A DNA stretch of 64,000 nucleotides from a candidate division WWE3 bacterium CSP1-7 (GCA_001443395.1 LDXK01000001.1:128001-192000); one strand, 5' to 3'. Positions 1-12,092 are shown, numbered from the stretch's first letter. The notes: generated by a model from the sequence alone, not told the origin. Program-made: numbers and translations.

Positions 1-1860
<1,860 letters not shown>

Positions 1861-1925
1861 TCTTTTCCACTATCAATTTCTCTTTTACTTGATAGTTTCA
1901 AAAAATATTTTAATGTCAAAGGGCT

Positions 1926-2000
1926 TGGTGGACCGAGCCGGATTTGAACCGGCGACCCCGTCATTGCAAATGACGTGCTCTACCGCTGAGCTATCGGCCC
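1926..2000 (-). tRNA. tRNA-Ala(TGC)
   Basis: Cloverleaf GGGCCGA...TCGGTCC-A-CCA with G3:U70 alanine identity pair, anticodon arm CGTCA-TT-TGC-AA-TGACG, T-loop GTTCAAATC and encoded CCA. Confidence 0.98.
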
Positions 2001-2136
2001 CCCTGGCTCAAAAAAAGAAAAGGCCAGCGCGAAGCTGGCAAAAAGCTCCCTAATCAAAAAGGCGCTACACAGAGAGTTCCCCCGCAGAGGGTAGAACCGG
2101 AACTATGTTTAAATCTTTTGCCATTCGCTGTTGGTA

Positions 2137-2165
2137 AGAATAACAGAGGAAAAAAATAAAGTCAA
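2137..2165 (-). promoter_or_regulatory. Sigma70-type promoter for tRNA-Ala/23S
   Basis: Minus strand reads TTGACT-17 bp-TATTCT, about 135 bp upstream of the tRNA. Confidence 0.7.
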
Positions 2166-2222
2166 TTTCACTGTTCAATTGAACAGCGAAATTGGTAGGT
2201 CGCCGGAGGCAGCCGTCCAATT

Positions 2223-2261
2223 AAAAAAAGACCCCGAAATCGCGGTTAAGCGAGTCGGGGC
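2223..2261 (-). terminator. Intrinsic terminator
   Basis: Minus strand GGCCCCGA-CTCGC...GCGATT-TCGGGGTC followed by a T7 run, just after the stop of 2278..2919. Confidence 0.7.
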
Positions 2262-2277
2262 CTGGCGGCAGCGAAGA

Positions 2278-2919
2278 TCAGTCGCGGGCGGCAGCTGCTT
2301 CGCGTCGGGACGAGGAACGGTCATAGGGTTGGCGTTTACGACCACCTTTGCCCTTCTTCTTCCCGTCCTCATCGATCTTGCTGCGAGCTCCGGCATCGGC
2401 GGCCAGCTTGCGCTGAACCGCTTCCTGCGCCTCCCGAGCCTCCGCGCTGGCGTCATCTTCCTCGGGCTCAACGCCCTGGGATTCGGACACCGCGGCGGAC
2501 TGCTTTCCGGAGAGGATCGAGCCGATCGAATCGAAGGCGTTCCTTTCGCGTTCGGCCTGTTCCTCGGCACGCCTGGCTGCGAGACTAGCAGCAGCGCGAG
2601 TGCGCATCTCCAGAACCACCGAGTACTTGGTGGTCCAGATCTTGGCCGTGCGCATGTCCCTGCTGTGATCGAAGCAGATGACCTTCGCCTCTCGGCGCCG
2701 GCCGCTGGTATCGACCAGAGCCTCAAACTGTGGGGCCTTGGTGATGGCCTCGTTGAGGGAAATGAATCCCTCCTTCCGCTTGATTTCCGGAACATATTTC
2801 TCCAGAAGAGCGGGCAACCACGCGGAGTCGGTTGAAGTTTCGACCGGCTCCGTATTCCCCTTCGCTACGCAAAGAGGGCACAGCAACTGGATCATGCGGA
2901 CTTCAGCTTTCGCGTCCAC
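2278..2919 (-). CDS. Hypothetical protein with CxxC...CxxH possible Zn site and charged helical C-terminus
   Basis: ORF with GAGGAGAG SD before a GTG start, a downstream terminator, and motifs CPLC and CFDH. Confidence 0.65.
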   Translation of the reverse strand: MDAKAEVRMIQLLCPLCVAKGNTEPVETSTDSAWLPALLEKYVPEIKRKEGFISLNEAITKAPQFEALVDTSGRRREAKVICFDHSRDMRTAKIWTTKYSVVLEMRTRAAASLAARRAEEQAERERNAFDSIGSILSGKQSAAVSESQGVEPEEDDASAEAREAQEAVQRKLAADAGARSKIDEDGKKKGKGGRKRQPYDRSSSRREAAAARD

Positions 2920-3180
2920 AGCATCTCTCCTCTCCCCTTCAGGGGAACTAGATTTCGCGCCGAATGCGCGATATTAACTTATAGTTTACCACGCTCTTGG
3001 AAAGAGCGCAAGGTCTTCTCGCAATCGGTATATCTATGCTATGATATTGCCGAATTACGGAAAGATCCTTGGCCTTAAGGGAAGCCGAGGCCTCTCTTAA
3101 GGATCTACCAAGAACCGGTCCTGCTCAAGTCCCGGGGTTTAGGCCATCAACGCGGTTCGCTGATGGCCAATCCTCGGAAT

Positions 3181-3801
3181 TCAAACCTCTCTCCCCGTGG
3201 CTTTCCGGTATTCCTCAACTTCCCTTAGAAGATCAAATCTGTTGCCGGTCGCCTGCACACAGAAGCGGAGGGCGGCGTACTCGAATTCGTTCATCGAGTA
3301 ATAAAGCACCGCGCCAAAGTGACCGTCTTCATGGACGGGCCGGAACTGGTAGGGCTCTTCTTCCCCTCTCTCCCGGTAACGAACGATGTGGTGCAGTTCC
3401 TCAGCGATTGTTCCTCGCAGGTCTTGCTCCTGGGAATCGGAGTGGTTCACGTCGATGAAGAACCACGCCATATTGATTCTCGCCCGCGACGTGTGATTGG
3501 GTTTAAAGCCCATACTGCGGTGAGGATTCCAGATCACATCCAGCTCAAACGGTTCCGTTGTCTCTTCGGGAAAGTAAACGCCCAACTTATCCCAGAGCTC
3601 CAGAGCGTGGTTGGCCACCCAGAGAGCCACATCGCAGGAAACCTTCGCGTGGTGGGTCAGCGTTACCAAACCCAGATGGTGTTCTTTAGAACAGCTACGA
3701 AAAACCTGATACCGGCGGGCAAAAAGCTTTGAAACAAAAGTGGCTCCAATGGCTACGGGTAGGATAAGCCAAACAGGCACCGAATCTCCTCCTCTCTTCA
3801 A
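3181..3801 (-). CDS. Hypothetical zincin-like protein (variant EELHH motif)
   Basis: N-terminal hydrophobic segment; TIAEELHHI followed by NEFEYAA resembles HExxH...E zincin architecture. Start uncertain. Confidence 0.5.
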   Translation of the reverse strand: MKRGGDSVPVWLILPVAIGATFVSKLFARRYQVFRSCSKEHHLGLVTLTHHAKVSCDVALWVANHALELWDKLGVYFPEETTEPFELDVIWNPHRSMGFKPNHTSRARINMAWFFIDVNHSDSQEQDLRGTIAEELHHIVRYRERGEEEPYQFRPVHEDGHFGAVLYYSMNEFEYAALRFCVQATGNRFDLLREVEEYRKATGREV

Positions 3802-3882
3802 GAATTAACTTCTATTTCAATTAAAACACGGGAATGGCCGTTCGTCAATCACTACAGGATAGTTGGGAGCCAAATTATGGTA

Positions 3883-4099
3883 CGAGGGGGAATTACTTTT
3901 GAGGAACCCTCCAAAGGCGGGCAGGCATCCCGCAGCGGGTTTCGAGAAAGCCCAGCTCCGCGATGTTCGAGCTAGCGAACGATTTCGATCCCGTGCTTTG
4001 AGAAATCGCTTGCGGTCATCGGAAGCGAGTCCGCGGAGCGAGAACTTGAAACCCGGGCGGGTGAACAATACCGTTTACGAAAAAGTACTTCCCGAGCGC
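3883..4099. ncRNA. Long structured intergenic element (6S-like rod or miniature repeat), related to 48614..48726
   Basis: Nested stems GGGAATTACTTTT/AAAAGTACTTCCC, GGGTTTC/GAAACCC and GCTCCGCG/CGCGGAGC; termini shared with 48614..48726. Confidence 0.4.
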
Positions 4100-4131
4100 A
4101 AAAAAAGGCGGTCAACCAAGATGGTTAACCG
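4099..4131 (-). terminator. Intrinsic terminator
   Basis: Minus strand GGCGGTTAACCA-TCT-TGGTTGACCGCC followed by a T run, downstream of 4153..4380. Confidence 0.8.
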
Positions 4132-4152
4132 CCCTACGAACAGTGTACCCGA

Positions 4153-4380
4153 TCAGTCCAGCCGGCCCGTCGCGTCCGCGAAGCTCTCGTTCTCGGCGGC
4201 GAGATCGGCGGTCGAAACGAGTCGATGGGACTTCGCGATCGCTGTTCCTTCCGGAACGCGAGCCTGTTGCAAGGGAACGAGGTTACACCGCTCCCCGCCC
4301 GGTTGAGGAGGAACATCCCCCGACCAGCCGCACTGACTCCTTACCCGCATGTGGTAGTAACAACCAGAACACGAAGCCAT
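4153..4380 (-). CDS. Small Cys-rich protein (75 aa)
   Basis: ATG at 4380 with AAGGAGAG SD; MASCSGCYYH...QC...RC; followed by a terminator. Confidence 0.6.
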   Translation of the reverse strand: MASCSGCYYHMRVRSQCGWSGDVPPQPGGERCNLVPLQQARVPEGTAIAKSHRLVSTADLAAENESFADATGRLD

Positions 4381-4529
4381 AGCCTCTCTCCTTGTCGCCT
4401 CAGGCGACGGAAACGATTGATATTCTTCTATGTTATAGGGTAAAGGAGAAGAAGTCAAGATTAATTCTGAAATAATCAATCTTGGACGGGATCTAGGAGA
4501 GATCGCTAGCAAAATTGATTCCGAAGGAA

Positions 4530-5873
4530 TCAATCTTGTGTAACCGAAAACTCCCGCAGCGTCACCCGGCCCGCGATCCGCGCCGCGACGCGGTTCTCAA
4601 AACGATAGAACTCCAGGATCTGCCCACTCTCCAACAGAAAGATCTGTTCGTCACGGTAGTTGTAACCCTTGGCCAGCTTGGCGTACTCCGGCATCGATGT
4701 CGGAGTTCCGCCGATCGGCGCCAGATATTGGGCCTGAGCGGCGCGCATCATCCGGATGAGGTCATCGGCGTAGCCGTGGCCGGAGACGTGGATCTCGGGG
4801 ATCTCTTCGAGATAGATAACCTTGGCGCCCACGTTCCTCAAATCCTCCTGGACATTCCGGACCCGATCTTCATTGCCCGGGATCAGATCGGATGAGAAAA
4901 GCACCAGATCTCCTTGCCCGATCTTGAAACTGCGATGGCCGCCCCGCGCCATCTTCGAGAGAGCAGAGTTGGATTGGCCCTGCGAACCAGAGACCAAAAT
5001 CAACTGTTCGGAAACCGGCAGTTTCTTGAGCTTGGCGTTGTCGATGACCTGGCCTTTGGAAACGGCGAGGTATCCCAGATTGCGGGCGACTTCAAAGTTC
5101 TTCTCCAACGACAACCCGGCCAGAGTTACTTTGCGGCCGAGAGCATCGGCAACGTCGATCGCCTGCTGGACCCGAGAAATGTCCGAGGAGAACATCGTTA
5201 CAAAGACTCTTCCCTTGGTCTTCTGAATCTCTTTGAAGAAGGTCTCCCCGACGATTCTTTCCGAAGGAGAGGAACCCTCCCGCTCCGACCGCAGGGAGTC
5301 CGAAGCCAGAAGAAGCACGCCCTTTCGACCGTACTCCTCAATCTTCCCCAGCTGGGCCAGGCGGCGGTCGAGGGGCGTCGGATCGAGCTTGAAATCGCCG
5401 GTGTGAATTACTACCCCCAAGGGAGTAGTTAATGCGATTGCCATCGTGTCCGGAATCGAGTGGGTCAGCCGAATGTATTCAAAGGAGAAATCCCGACCGA
5501 GCTGGACGCGCTGGCCATCGGTGACATCTCGAATCTCGGCCTTCTTCGGTCCCCTCTCCTTTAGTTTCTCCCGGATCATTCCGGCCGGCAGGCGGGCGGC
5601 GTAAACCGGGACGCAGATCTTCCTCAACAGGTAGGGAATCGCCCCGATGTGGTCCTCGTGGCCATGGGTGATGACAAGCGCCCGCAACTTATTTTGGTGG
5701 GCCAGAACATAGGAAAAGTCGGGAATCAGCAGCGTGTTCTCCGGCAGACCTTCTTCCTCCGGCGGGAAACCGATGCCGCAGTCCACGAGCACCATGTCGT
5801 TCGGCGTCTCATAGACGTACATGTTCCTGGTGACTTCGCCCATTCCCCCGATCGGAATAAATTTGAGGCTCAT
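4530..5873 (-). CDS. rnj: Ribonuclease J (lacks usual C-terminal domain)
   Basis: PIGGMGEV, VDCG, THGHEDHIG, HSIPD, HTGDFKLD, GSQG and HVSGH metallo-beta-lactamase/beta-CASP motifs. Confidence 0.93.
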   Translation of the reverse strand: MSLKFIPIGGMGEVTRNMYVYETPNDMVLVDCGIGFPPEEEGLPENTLLIPDFSYVLAHQNKLRALVITHGHEDHIGAIPYLLRKICVPVYAARLPAGMIREKLKERGPKKAEIRDVTDGQRVQLGRDFSFEYIRLTHSIPDTMAIALTTPLGVVIHTGDFKLDPTPLDRRLAQLGKIEEYGRKGVLLLASDSLRSEREGSSPSERIVGETFFKEIQKTKGRVFVTMFSSDISRVQQAIDVADALGRKVTLAGLSLEKNFEVARNLGYLAVSKGQVIDNAKLKKLPVSEQLILVSGSQGQSNSALSKMARGGHRSFKIGQGDLVLFSSDLIPGNEDRVRNVQEDLRNVGAKVIYLEEIPEIHVSGHGYADDLIRMMRAAQAQYLAPIGGTPTSMPEYAKLAKGYNYRDEQIFLLESGQILEFYRFENRVAARIAGRVTLREFSVTQD

Positions 5874-5924
5874 TTTCTCTTCTGTTCTCCTATTCGGTTG
5901 TGAGTTGTTTTGACCTTCCATATT

Positions 5925-6545
5925 TTATATTAACTTCATTTGGTTCTTATCGCCATTGGTGACCTCGATCTCGACCGGTGCCAGCTCCCCCCGAATAATC
6001 TTCGGCAGGCTACGAAAGTCGTGCTCCAGAATCCGCAGAACCGCCGGGGAACGCAGCGCCGCCGCCGGGTGATAGAGCGGGAAGACAATCCGATTGCCGA
6101 CCTTGAATCCCCGACCGTGCATCTCGCCGATCAGCTTGTCCTTCAAAAAAATATCCAGCGCCGAGCGACCCAGCGGCACGATGACCTTGGGGTTGATCAC
6201 CTTGATCTGCTGAATCAAAAATGGCAGACAGGCCCGCACCTCGTCCTTCATCGGCGCCCGATTTTCGGGAGGGCGGTGCTTGACCACGTTGGTGATGAAA
6301 ACCTCTTCGCGGCGGATCTCGTTGCGCGAGAGCAGACGATCCAGCAAATCACCGGCCCGGCCGACAAACGGGCGGCCGAGCTTGTCCTCGTTGTAACCGG
6401 GACCCTCACCCACAAACATAATCGTGGCACCGGGACTTCCCTCTCCAGGGACGGCGTGATTTGCTGTTCTCCAAAGGCGACAGCCGTGGCAGGTTTTGAC
6501 CGCCCGATCAATTTGGGCCAGGAGTTCTTCTTTCTTACTTTTCAT
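5925..6545 (-). CDS. Uracil-DNA glycosylase family 4 (Fe-S)
   Basis: CHGCRL, VGEGPG, PFVGRAG, NVVKHRPPENR and YHPAA motifs. Confidence 0.93.
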   Translation of the reverse strand: MKSKKEELLAQIDRAVKTCHGCRLWRTANHAVPGEGSPGATIMFVGEGPGYNEDKLGRPFVGRAGDLLDRLLSRNEIRREEVFITNVVKHRPPENRAPMKDEVRACLPFLIQQIKVINPKVIVPLGRSALDIFLKDKLIGEMHGRGFKVGNRIVFPLYHPAAALRSPAVLRILEHDFRSLPKIIRGELAPVEIEVTNGDKNQMKLI

Positions 6546-6600
6546 TCGAGCAAAGCGAGAATGCTAGGTCGCCGCAAGGCGGCCGTCCATTACTACTCAT

Positions 6601-8922
6601 CTAACGACGGCCGCGGTCGGAAGCGGGACGATAACCCTCCCGGCCTCCACCACCACCGAATCCCGGCCGCCGCTGTGGTGAATAACCCCCCGGCCGACGG
6701 GAAGAAGGACCTCCTCGATAGGAAGAACCGCCGCCAAAACCCCCCGGGCGGAACGGGCGACCGCCAGGCCGCGGTGGTCCGGAAGGGCCGCCGCGATCTT
6801 CGCGGGGCCTCTCCTGATACCCCTCGGGCGGCTTCTCCAATGCTTTCTTCGAAAGATTGATTCGGCCCATCGCGTCGATCTCAATTACCTTTACTTTTAT
6901 CTTGTCTCCGATCTGGACCACATCGGTCGGTTTGGCGACGAAGCTGTAGGCGAGCTCGGAAACATGCACCATTCCCTCTTTGCCCGGCAGGATTTCCACA
7001 AAAGCGCCGAAATCCATAATCCGCTGGACCGTACCTTCAAAAATCTCCCCGACCTGAACCTCCCGAGTGAGATCATCCACCAGCTTCCGGGCTTCGTTGA
7101 CCTTGTCCTCGTCTGGGCCGGAGATGCTCACCGTGCCGTTGTCGTCGATATCAATCTCCGTTCCGGTCTGTTCGGTGAGACGGCGAATCATCCGGCCTCC
7201 CGGACCGATCACCTCGCCAATTTTTTCAATCGGGACCTTGATCGTTGCCACCTTGGGCGCGTACTGGGATAGTTTCTCCCGGGGCTTGTCGAGCACCTTG
7301 AGCATCTCTTTTAGAATCCCCAACCGCGCCTTGTGCGCGTCCGCCAGAGCCTCCACCATCACCTTGTGAGGCAGACCCTTAACCTTCATATCCATCTGCA
7401 CCGCCGTCACTCCCTTCTCGGTGCCGGCCACCTTGAAATCCATGTCGCCGCACTGGTCCTCCACCCCGGCAATATCGGTGATAACTCGAAAGACCTTACC
7501 ATCGGTGACCAAACCCATCGCCACCCCGGAAACGGGAGACTTGATCGGCACGCCGGCGTCCATCAGGGCCAAGGTCGAACCGCAGGTGGAAGCCATCGAG
7601 GTGGAGCCGTTGGAGGAGAGCACCTCCGAAACCAGACGGATCGCGTAAGGAAACTCTTCGACGGAAGGAATCATCCGGTCCAACGCCTTTTCCGCCAACG
7701 CGGAATGACCGATCTCCCGGCGGCCGGGAGTGCCGATCCGACCGACCTCTCCGGTCGAGAACGGCGGGAAGTAGTAATGGTGCATGTAGCGCTTGGTGGT
7801 CTCGCCGGCCGGCCCCTCCAGGATCTGTTCCAGGGAGGTTGAACCCAGTGTCGCGGTGGTGAGAACTTGAGTCTCCCCGCGCTGGAAAAGGGCCGAGCCA
7901 TGGGTCCGCGGCAGAACGCCCACCCGAATGTGCAATGGCCGCACCTCATCGAACTTGCGGCCGTCGGTTCGCTTTCCGTCCTTGATCATCAGCTCGCGCA
8001 CCGCCTCCTTCGTCAGGTCGCTCATTCCGGTCCCCATCGCCATCTTCTGGTAGGTTCCCTCAAACTTCTTAAAAACCTTTTCGATAAGCTCCGTCTGCTT
8101 CTCGCTAAATTCCTCTTTGCTGTTGGTTTTTTCGGTAATCTCCTTGAGAGGAGCGAGCGCAAAGCCGCGCAGGTCCTCCATCATGTGTTTGACCTGGGGG
8201 TCGACCGCCACCTCTTTTTTGGCGATGCCAATCTCCTTCGCCAAATCGGTGATCAGCCCAATAATTGGAGAGAGAGATTTCTGGGCAAACTCTATCGCCT
8301 TGAGAATATCCTCCTCGGGAATCTCGCTCGCTCCGCCCTCCACCATCACGATCTCGTCTTCCTTTCCCGAAACGATCAGATCAAGGTCCGATACCGCCGT
8401 CTCCGCCGCCAGCGGATTGAGCTTCAACTCAGGGGCGCCGCCGTCTTTGGCGACTTTCCCCACCCGGACCGCGCCGATCGGTCCCTCCCAGGGGATGTCC
8501 GAACCGGCCAGAGCCGCGGAAGCGCCGATCAAACCCAGGACCGCCGGGTCGTTCTCCTTATCTACCGAGAGAACCGTCAGGACCACCTGCACCTCATCGC
8601 CGAATTCTTTGGGGAAGAGCGGGCGGATGGAGCGGTCGATTAACCGACCGTTCAGGATGGCTTCGTCGGAGGGCCGGCCTTCCCGCTTCACAAAGCGGGA
8701 ACCCTTGATGATTCCACCGGCGTAGAGCCGTTCGACATAATCCACCGTCAGGGGAAAATACCCGATATCTTCTTTGGCTTTTTCACTGGTGGCGGTTGCC
8801 AAAACCACGGTATCCCCGTAGCGAGCAAGCACCGAACCATTGGCCTGGCCGGCCAACTCTCCGTATTCCAACGAAAGAGTTCGGCCCCCAAATTCAATTT
8901 CTTTTTTGATCAATTTTTTCAT
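6601..8922 (-). CDS. pnp: Polyribonucleotide nucleotidyltransferase with RGG-rich tail
   Basis: RLIDRSIRPLFP, HGSALFQRGETQ, RREIGH, SNGSTSMAS, GDMDFKVAG, plus KH and S1 domains. Confidence 0.98.
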   Translation of the reverse strand: MKKLIKKEIEFGGRTLSLEYGELAGQANGSVLARYGDTVVLATATSEKAKEDIGYFPLTVDYVERLYAGGIIKGSRFVKREGRPSDEAILNGRLIDRSIRPLFPKEFGDEVQVVLTVLSVDKENDPAVLGLIGASAALAGSDIPWEGPIGAVRVGKVAKDGGAPELKLNPLAAETAVSDLDLIVSGKEDEIVMVEGGASEIPEEDILKAIEFAQKSLSPIIGLITDLAKEIGIAKKEVAVDPQVKHMMEDLRGFALAPLKEITEKTNSKEEFSEKQTELIEKVFKKFEGTYQKMAMGTGMSDLTKEAVRELMIKDGKRTDGRKFDEVRPLHIRVGVLPRTHGSALFQRGETQVLTTATLGSTSLEQILEGPAGETTKRYMHHYYFPPFSTGEVGRIGTPGRREIGHSALAEKALDRMIPSVEEFPYAIRLVSEVLSSNGSTSMASTCGSTLALMDAGVPIKSPVSGVAMGLVTDGKVFRVITDIAGVEDQCGDMDFKVAGTEKGVTAVQMDMKVKGLPHKVMVEALADAHKARLGILKEMLKVLDKPREKLSQYAPKVATIKVPIEKIGEVIGPGGRMIRRLTEQTGTEIDIDDNGTVSISGPDEDKVNEARKLVDDLTREVQVGEIFEGTVQRIMDFGAFVEILPGKEGMVHVSELAYSFVAKPTDVVQIGDKIKVKVIEIDAMGRINLSKKALEKPPEGYQERPREDRGGPSGPPRPGGRPFRPGGFGGGSSYRGGPSSRRPGGYSPQRRPGFGGGGGREGYRPASDRGRR

Positions 8923-8970
8923 TTTAGTATCTTAGAAACCAGATACGAGGATAAGGGAAGAAAATTGTTC

Positions 8971-9321
8971 CTATTTTTCCAATCCTATCTTTTCCGTAAT
9001 TACCTGGTATCGTTTTTCGTCCTTCTTTAATAGATACATTAAAAGTTTTCGACGCTTGTTGACAAGTCCCAATAGGCCGCGGCGCGAACTAAGGTCCTTC
9101 TTATGAATTTTAAGATGCTCTGTCAACTCTCCGATTCTTTTCGACAAAAGTGCGATCTGCACCTCCGGAGAACCGGTATCGGTGGCGTGAGTAGCCGAAA
9201 GCGCTACCAGTTCCTTTTTCGCCTGGGAGATAGACTCAACTTTAGCCGCTACTTTCTTGACCTTCGGCTCCGCTGCTTTTGTTACTTTTGTTATTTTTTT
9301 CGCAATCTTCTTTTTTGCCAT
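8971..9321 (-). CDS. rpsO: 30S ribosomal protein S15 with Lys-rich N-terminal extension
   Basis: [16 protein letters not shown]...[12 protein letters not shown]; conserved position next to pnp. Confidence 0.97.
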   Translation of the reverse strand: MAKKKIAKKITKVTKAAEPKVKKVAAKVESISQAKKELVALSATHATDTGSPEVQIALLSKRIGELTEHLKIHKKDLSSRRGLLGLVNKRRKLLMYLLKKDEKRYQVITEKIGLEK

Positions 9322-9335
9322 TTTCTTAATCTATT

Positions 9336-10820
9336 TTACGATACCACGATACGATCGCCTTTCTTAAACTCAAAATCCGGCTTGACCAGAACTCCGGCCT
9401 CTTGTCCCGTTTTCACTTCTTGAACCTCGTCTTTGCCGACTTTTAATCCGCGGACCTTTCCCTGGTGAACCTCTTCTTCCGATCCCTCGCGAAAAACCTT
9501 GATGCGGTCCCGGTACTTAAACTTGCCGTTGAGGACCTTAACGCCAGCGACGATATCGCCGCTGTGCAGAGTGAAGGTCGCCAGAACCTCTGCCTCGGGC
9601 GCCTTCTTTTCTTCCGCCAAAACCTGAGCGCCGGAGAGAAGCTTTTCCGCCGCCTCCAGAAGTTCATAGATGATTGGGAAAGAGCGCACCCCCACCCCCA
9701 AGTCATCCGCCAATTTCCGGGCGGAGGAACCGGTTGGCACGTTGAAGCCCAGAATCACTCCCTTGGCAGCCGCCGCTAAGCGAACATCCGAGTCGGAGAC
9801 CGGGCCGATACTCTTAAGGAGGAAATTAATTCCTTTACCACCCGCCTCCAGATTGGCGAGCGGAACTTCGACCGCTTCCAAGGAACCCTGGGTATCGGCC
9901 CGCAGAACGACGTTGAGGCTGGTGGTAGGCTCGGCGGCGGGGTTGACCGGTTGGTTGGTCACCGCCTTTGGTGAGGCAACACCAGAGGTAGGAGCGGACA
10001 AACGAGTAACCAGGGCTCCAACCGGAGGAACTTCCGAAAAACCCAGGACCTGCACCGGGGTTCCTGGGCCGGCCGAGGCAATCCTTTGACCGGTGTCGTC
10101 CACTAAAGCCTTGATCTTTCCCGAGGCCTCGCCGGCGAAAATCTGATCTCCGATTTTGAAGGTTCCCTTCTTGACGATCAGCGTCGCCAACGGCCCTTGC
10201 TGAGAGGAAAGCAGAGATTCGATCACCACGGCTTCCGGTTCTCCGCCGGTTTCCTCCTTGAGCTCCAACATGTCGGCCGAAAGGCCGATTATTTCCAAAA
10301 GTTCGGGAACGCCGGCGCCGGTCGTCGCCGAAACCGCCACCGCGGGAATTTTGCCGCCCTGGTCCTCCACAATCACGTCTTCCTTTGCCAGTTGGCCCTT
10401 AACCTTCGCCACGTCCTGCGGCGAAGCCAGATCAACCTTGTTGATCGCCACCACCAGCGGCACCCCCGCTGCTTTGGCGTGGGCAATTGCCTCCACTGTT
10501 TGGGGCTTGACACCGTCGTTCGCCGCAACGACCAAAACCGCAAGATCGGCGACCCCCGCCCCGCGCTGCCGCATCTTGGAAAAGGCCTCGTGTCCGGGAG
10601 TGTCAATGAAAGTGATCCGGCGGCCGGAGGACTCGGTGATCTGGTAGGCACCGATTTTCTGGGTAATTCCCCCCGCTTCTTTAGCGGCCACCGCAGTTTT
10701 TCGGATAGAGTCTAGAAGAGAAGTCTTCCCGTGGTCAATGTGCCCTAAGACAACAACGACAGGAGGACGGGTAGCGGCATTAGCTTTTTGGTTTTTTGGG
10801 TTCAGCTGTTTTTTGGACAT
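9336..10820 (-). CDS. infB: Translation initiation factor IF-2 (short form)
   Basis: [35 protein letters not shown] and NKVD. Confidence 0.97.
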   Translation of the reverse strand: MSKKQLNPKNQKANAATRPPVVVVLGHIDHGKTSLLDSIRKTAVAAKEAGGITQKIGAYQITESSGRRITFIDTPGHEAFSKMRQRGAGVADLAVLVVAANDGVKPQTVEAIAHAKAAGVPLVVAINKVDLASPQDVAKVKGQLAKEDVIVEDQGGKIPAVAVSATTGAGVPELLEIIGLSADMLELKEETGGEPEAVVIESLLSSQQGPLATLIVKKGTFKIGDQIFAGEASGKIKALVDDTGQRIASAGPGTPVQVLGFSEVPPVGALVTRLSAPTSGVASPKAVTNQPVNPAAEPTTSLNVVLRADTQGSLEAVEVPLANLEAGGKGINFLLKSIGPVSDSDVRLAAAAKGVILGFNVPTGSSARKLADDLGVGVRSFPIIYELLEAAEKLLSGAQVLAEEKKAPEAEVLATFTLHSGDIVAGVKVLNGKFKYRDRIKVFREGSEEEVHQGKVRGLKVGKDEVQEVKTGQEAGVLVKPDFEFKKGDRIVVS

Positions 10821-11973
10821 TAGCGATTACTCTCTCAACCTCGGCCAGAGCCTTCGGTCCTAATCCCTTGATGGTTTTGATCTCCTCGAAAGGTTTTTCC
10901 TTTAACTTCTCGACGCTCTCGATCCCCGCCTCTCCCAAGAGTTTGGCGACGCGGGCCGAAAGACCTTGGTCGACCAATCCCAAACCCTTCGTCCCTTCGG
11001 CAAAGACCGTTCCGGCGCCCTTAATGTCGATCCGCCAACCGGTCAGCTTCGCTGCCAACCGGACGTTCTGGCCTTCCTTGCCGATCGCCAACGAGAGTTG
11101 GTCTTCGGGCACCTCCACCTCGGCAGTCCGGCTCTTGGGCTTGAGCTTCGCTTCGATAACCTTCGCCGGCGAGAGCGCCGAAGAAACGAAAGTCGCATCA
11201 TCCGCCGAGTAAGGAATGATATCGACCTTCTCTTCACCCAGCTCGTGGGTCACCGCCTGCACCCGGACACCCTTCTGCCCGACACACGAACCAACCGGAT
11301 CAATCCGCTCTTCGCTGGAGGAAACCGCGATCTTGGTGCGCCGGCCGGCCTCCCGGGAAATCGCTTCCACCTTGACGATTCCTTGAGAAATCTCGGGAAC
11401 CTCGAGGGCGAAAAGCTCAGTCACGAATTCCGGATCGGTCCGCGAGAGCAAAATCTCCGGACCCCGGGTTCCCTCCTGAACCTCTTTCACCAGCGCCTTC
11501 ACCCGCGCCCCGGTGCGGTACTGCTCTCCCGGAATCTGCTCGGAAGGCGGGAGAATCCCCTGCGTCCGGCCCAGGTCCACAAAAACAACCCCGTTTTCCA
11601 CCCGGAAAACGAAGCCGGAAACGATGCTCTTCTCTTTTTCTTTGAACTCGGTTCGAATCGCTTCCTTTTCCTCTTCCCGGATTTTTTGGAGAATAACCTG
11701 CTTCGCCGTTTGGGCGGCGATCCGGCCAAAGCCGGCCGGAGTCACGTCCTTGCCCTCTTTGAAGATCCGGGCTTCCCCGGTTTCCAGGGTCAACTTAACT
11801 TCAATATCGTCCTTGGGTTCCTCCCCCTCTTCCACGACCGGGGTGGGACCGCCGAAGTCCTTGCGGTATGCAGCGGCGAGCGCCTGCTTGACGCCTTCAA
11901 TGATGGACTCCGGGGAAACTCCCCGTTCCGCCGCGAGCTGATTAATTGCCGCACTAAACTCTGTTGTTGCCAT
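10780..11973 (-). CDS. nusA: Transcription factor NusA
   Basis: [20 protein letters not shown]1/KH domains, [23 protein letters not shown]; start set at ATG 11973. Confidence 0.97.
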   Translation of the reverse strand: MATTEFSAAINQLAAERGVSPESIIEGVKQALAAAYRKDFGGPTPVVEEGEEPKDDIEVKLTLETGEARIFKEGKDVTPAGFGRIAAQTAKQVILQKIREEEKEAIRTEFKEKEKSIVSGFVFRVENGVVFVDLGRTQGILPPSEQIPGEQYRTGARVKALVKEVQEGTRGPEILLSRTDPEFVTELFALEVPEISQGIVKVEAISREAGRRTKIAVSSSEERIDPVGSCVGQKGVRVQAVTHELGEEKVDIIPYSADDATFVSSALSPAKVIEAKLKPKSRTAEVEVPEDQLSLAIGKEGQNVRLAAKLTGWRIDIKGAGTVFAEGTKGLGLVDQGLSARVAKLLGEAGIESVEKLKEKPFEEIKTIKGLGPKALAEVERVIANVQKTAEPKKPKS

Positions 11974-12092
11974 TTTATTTCTCCAAAATGCTAGCTCTGT
12001 TTCCGCAGAGCGTCCATTTTGTTTCTTCAAAACAATTGGTGGGACGAGCCCACCAACCAGTAGCTCCAGTATAGGGTTTGAGGATCGAAAGG

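Noticed and set aside
4143-4330. Possible RNase P RNA suggested by GAGGAACATCC
   Set aside because: Lacks GAGGAAAGTCC and the 3' AGAAnnCGGCTTA element; the region is better explained by the 4153..4380 CDS.
4515-12000. Long plus-strand ORFs opposite rnj, udg, pnp, infB and nusA (similar ones lie opposite lepA, gap and pgk)
   Set aside because: Antisense shadows of well-supported GC-rich genes, with no recognisable motifs.
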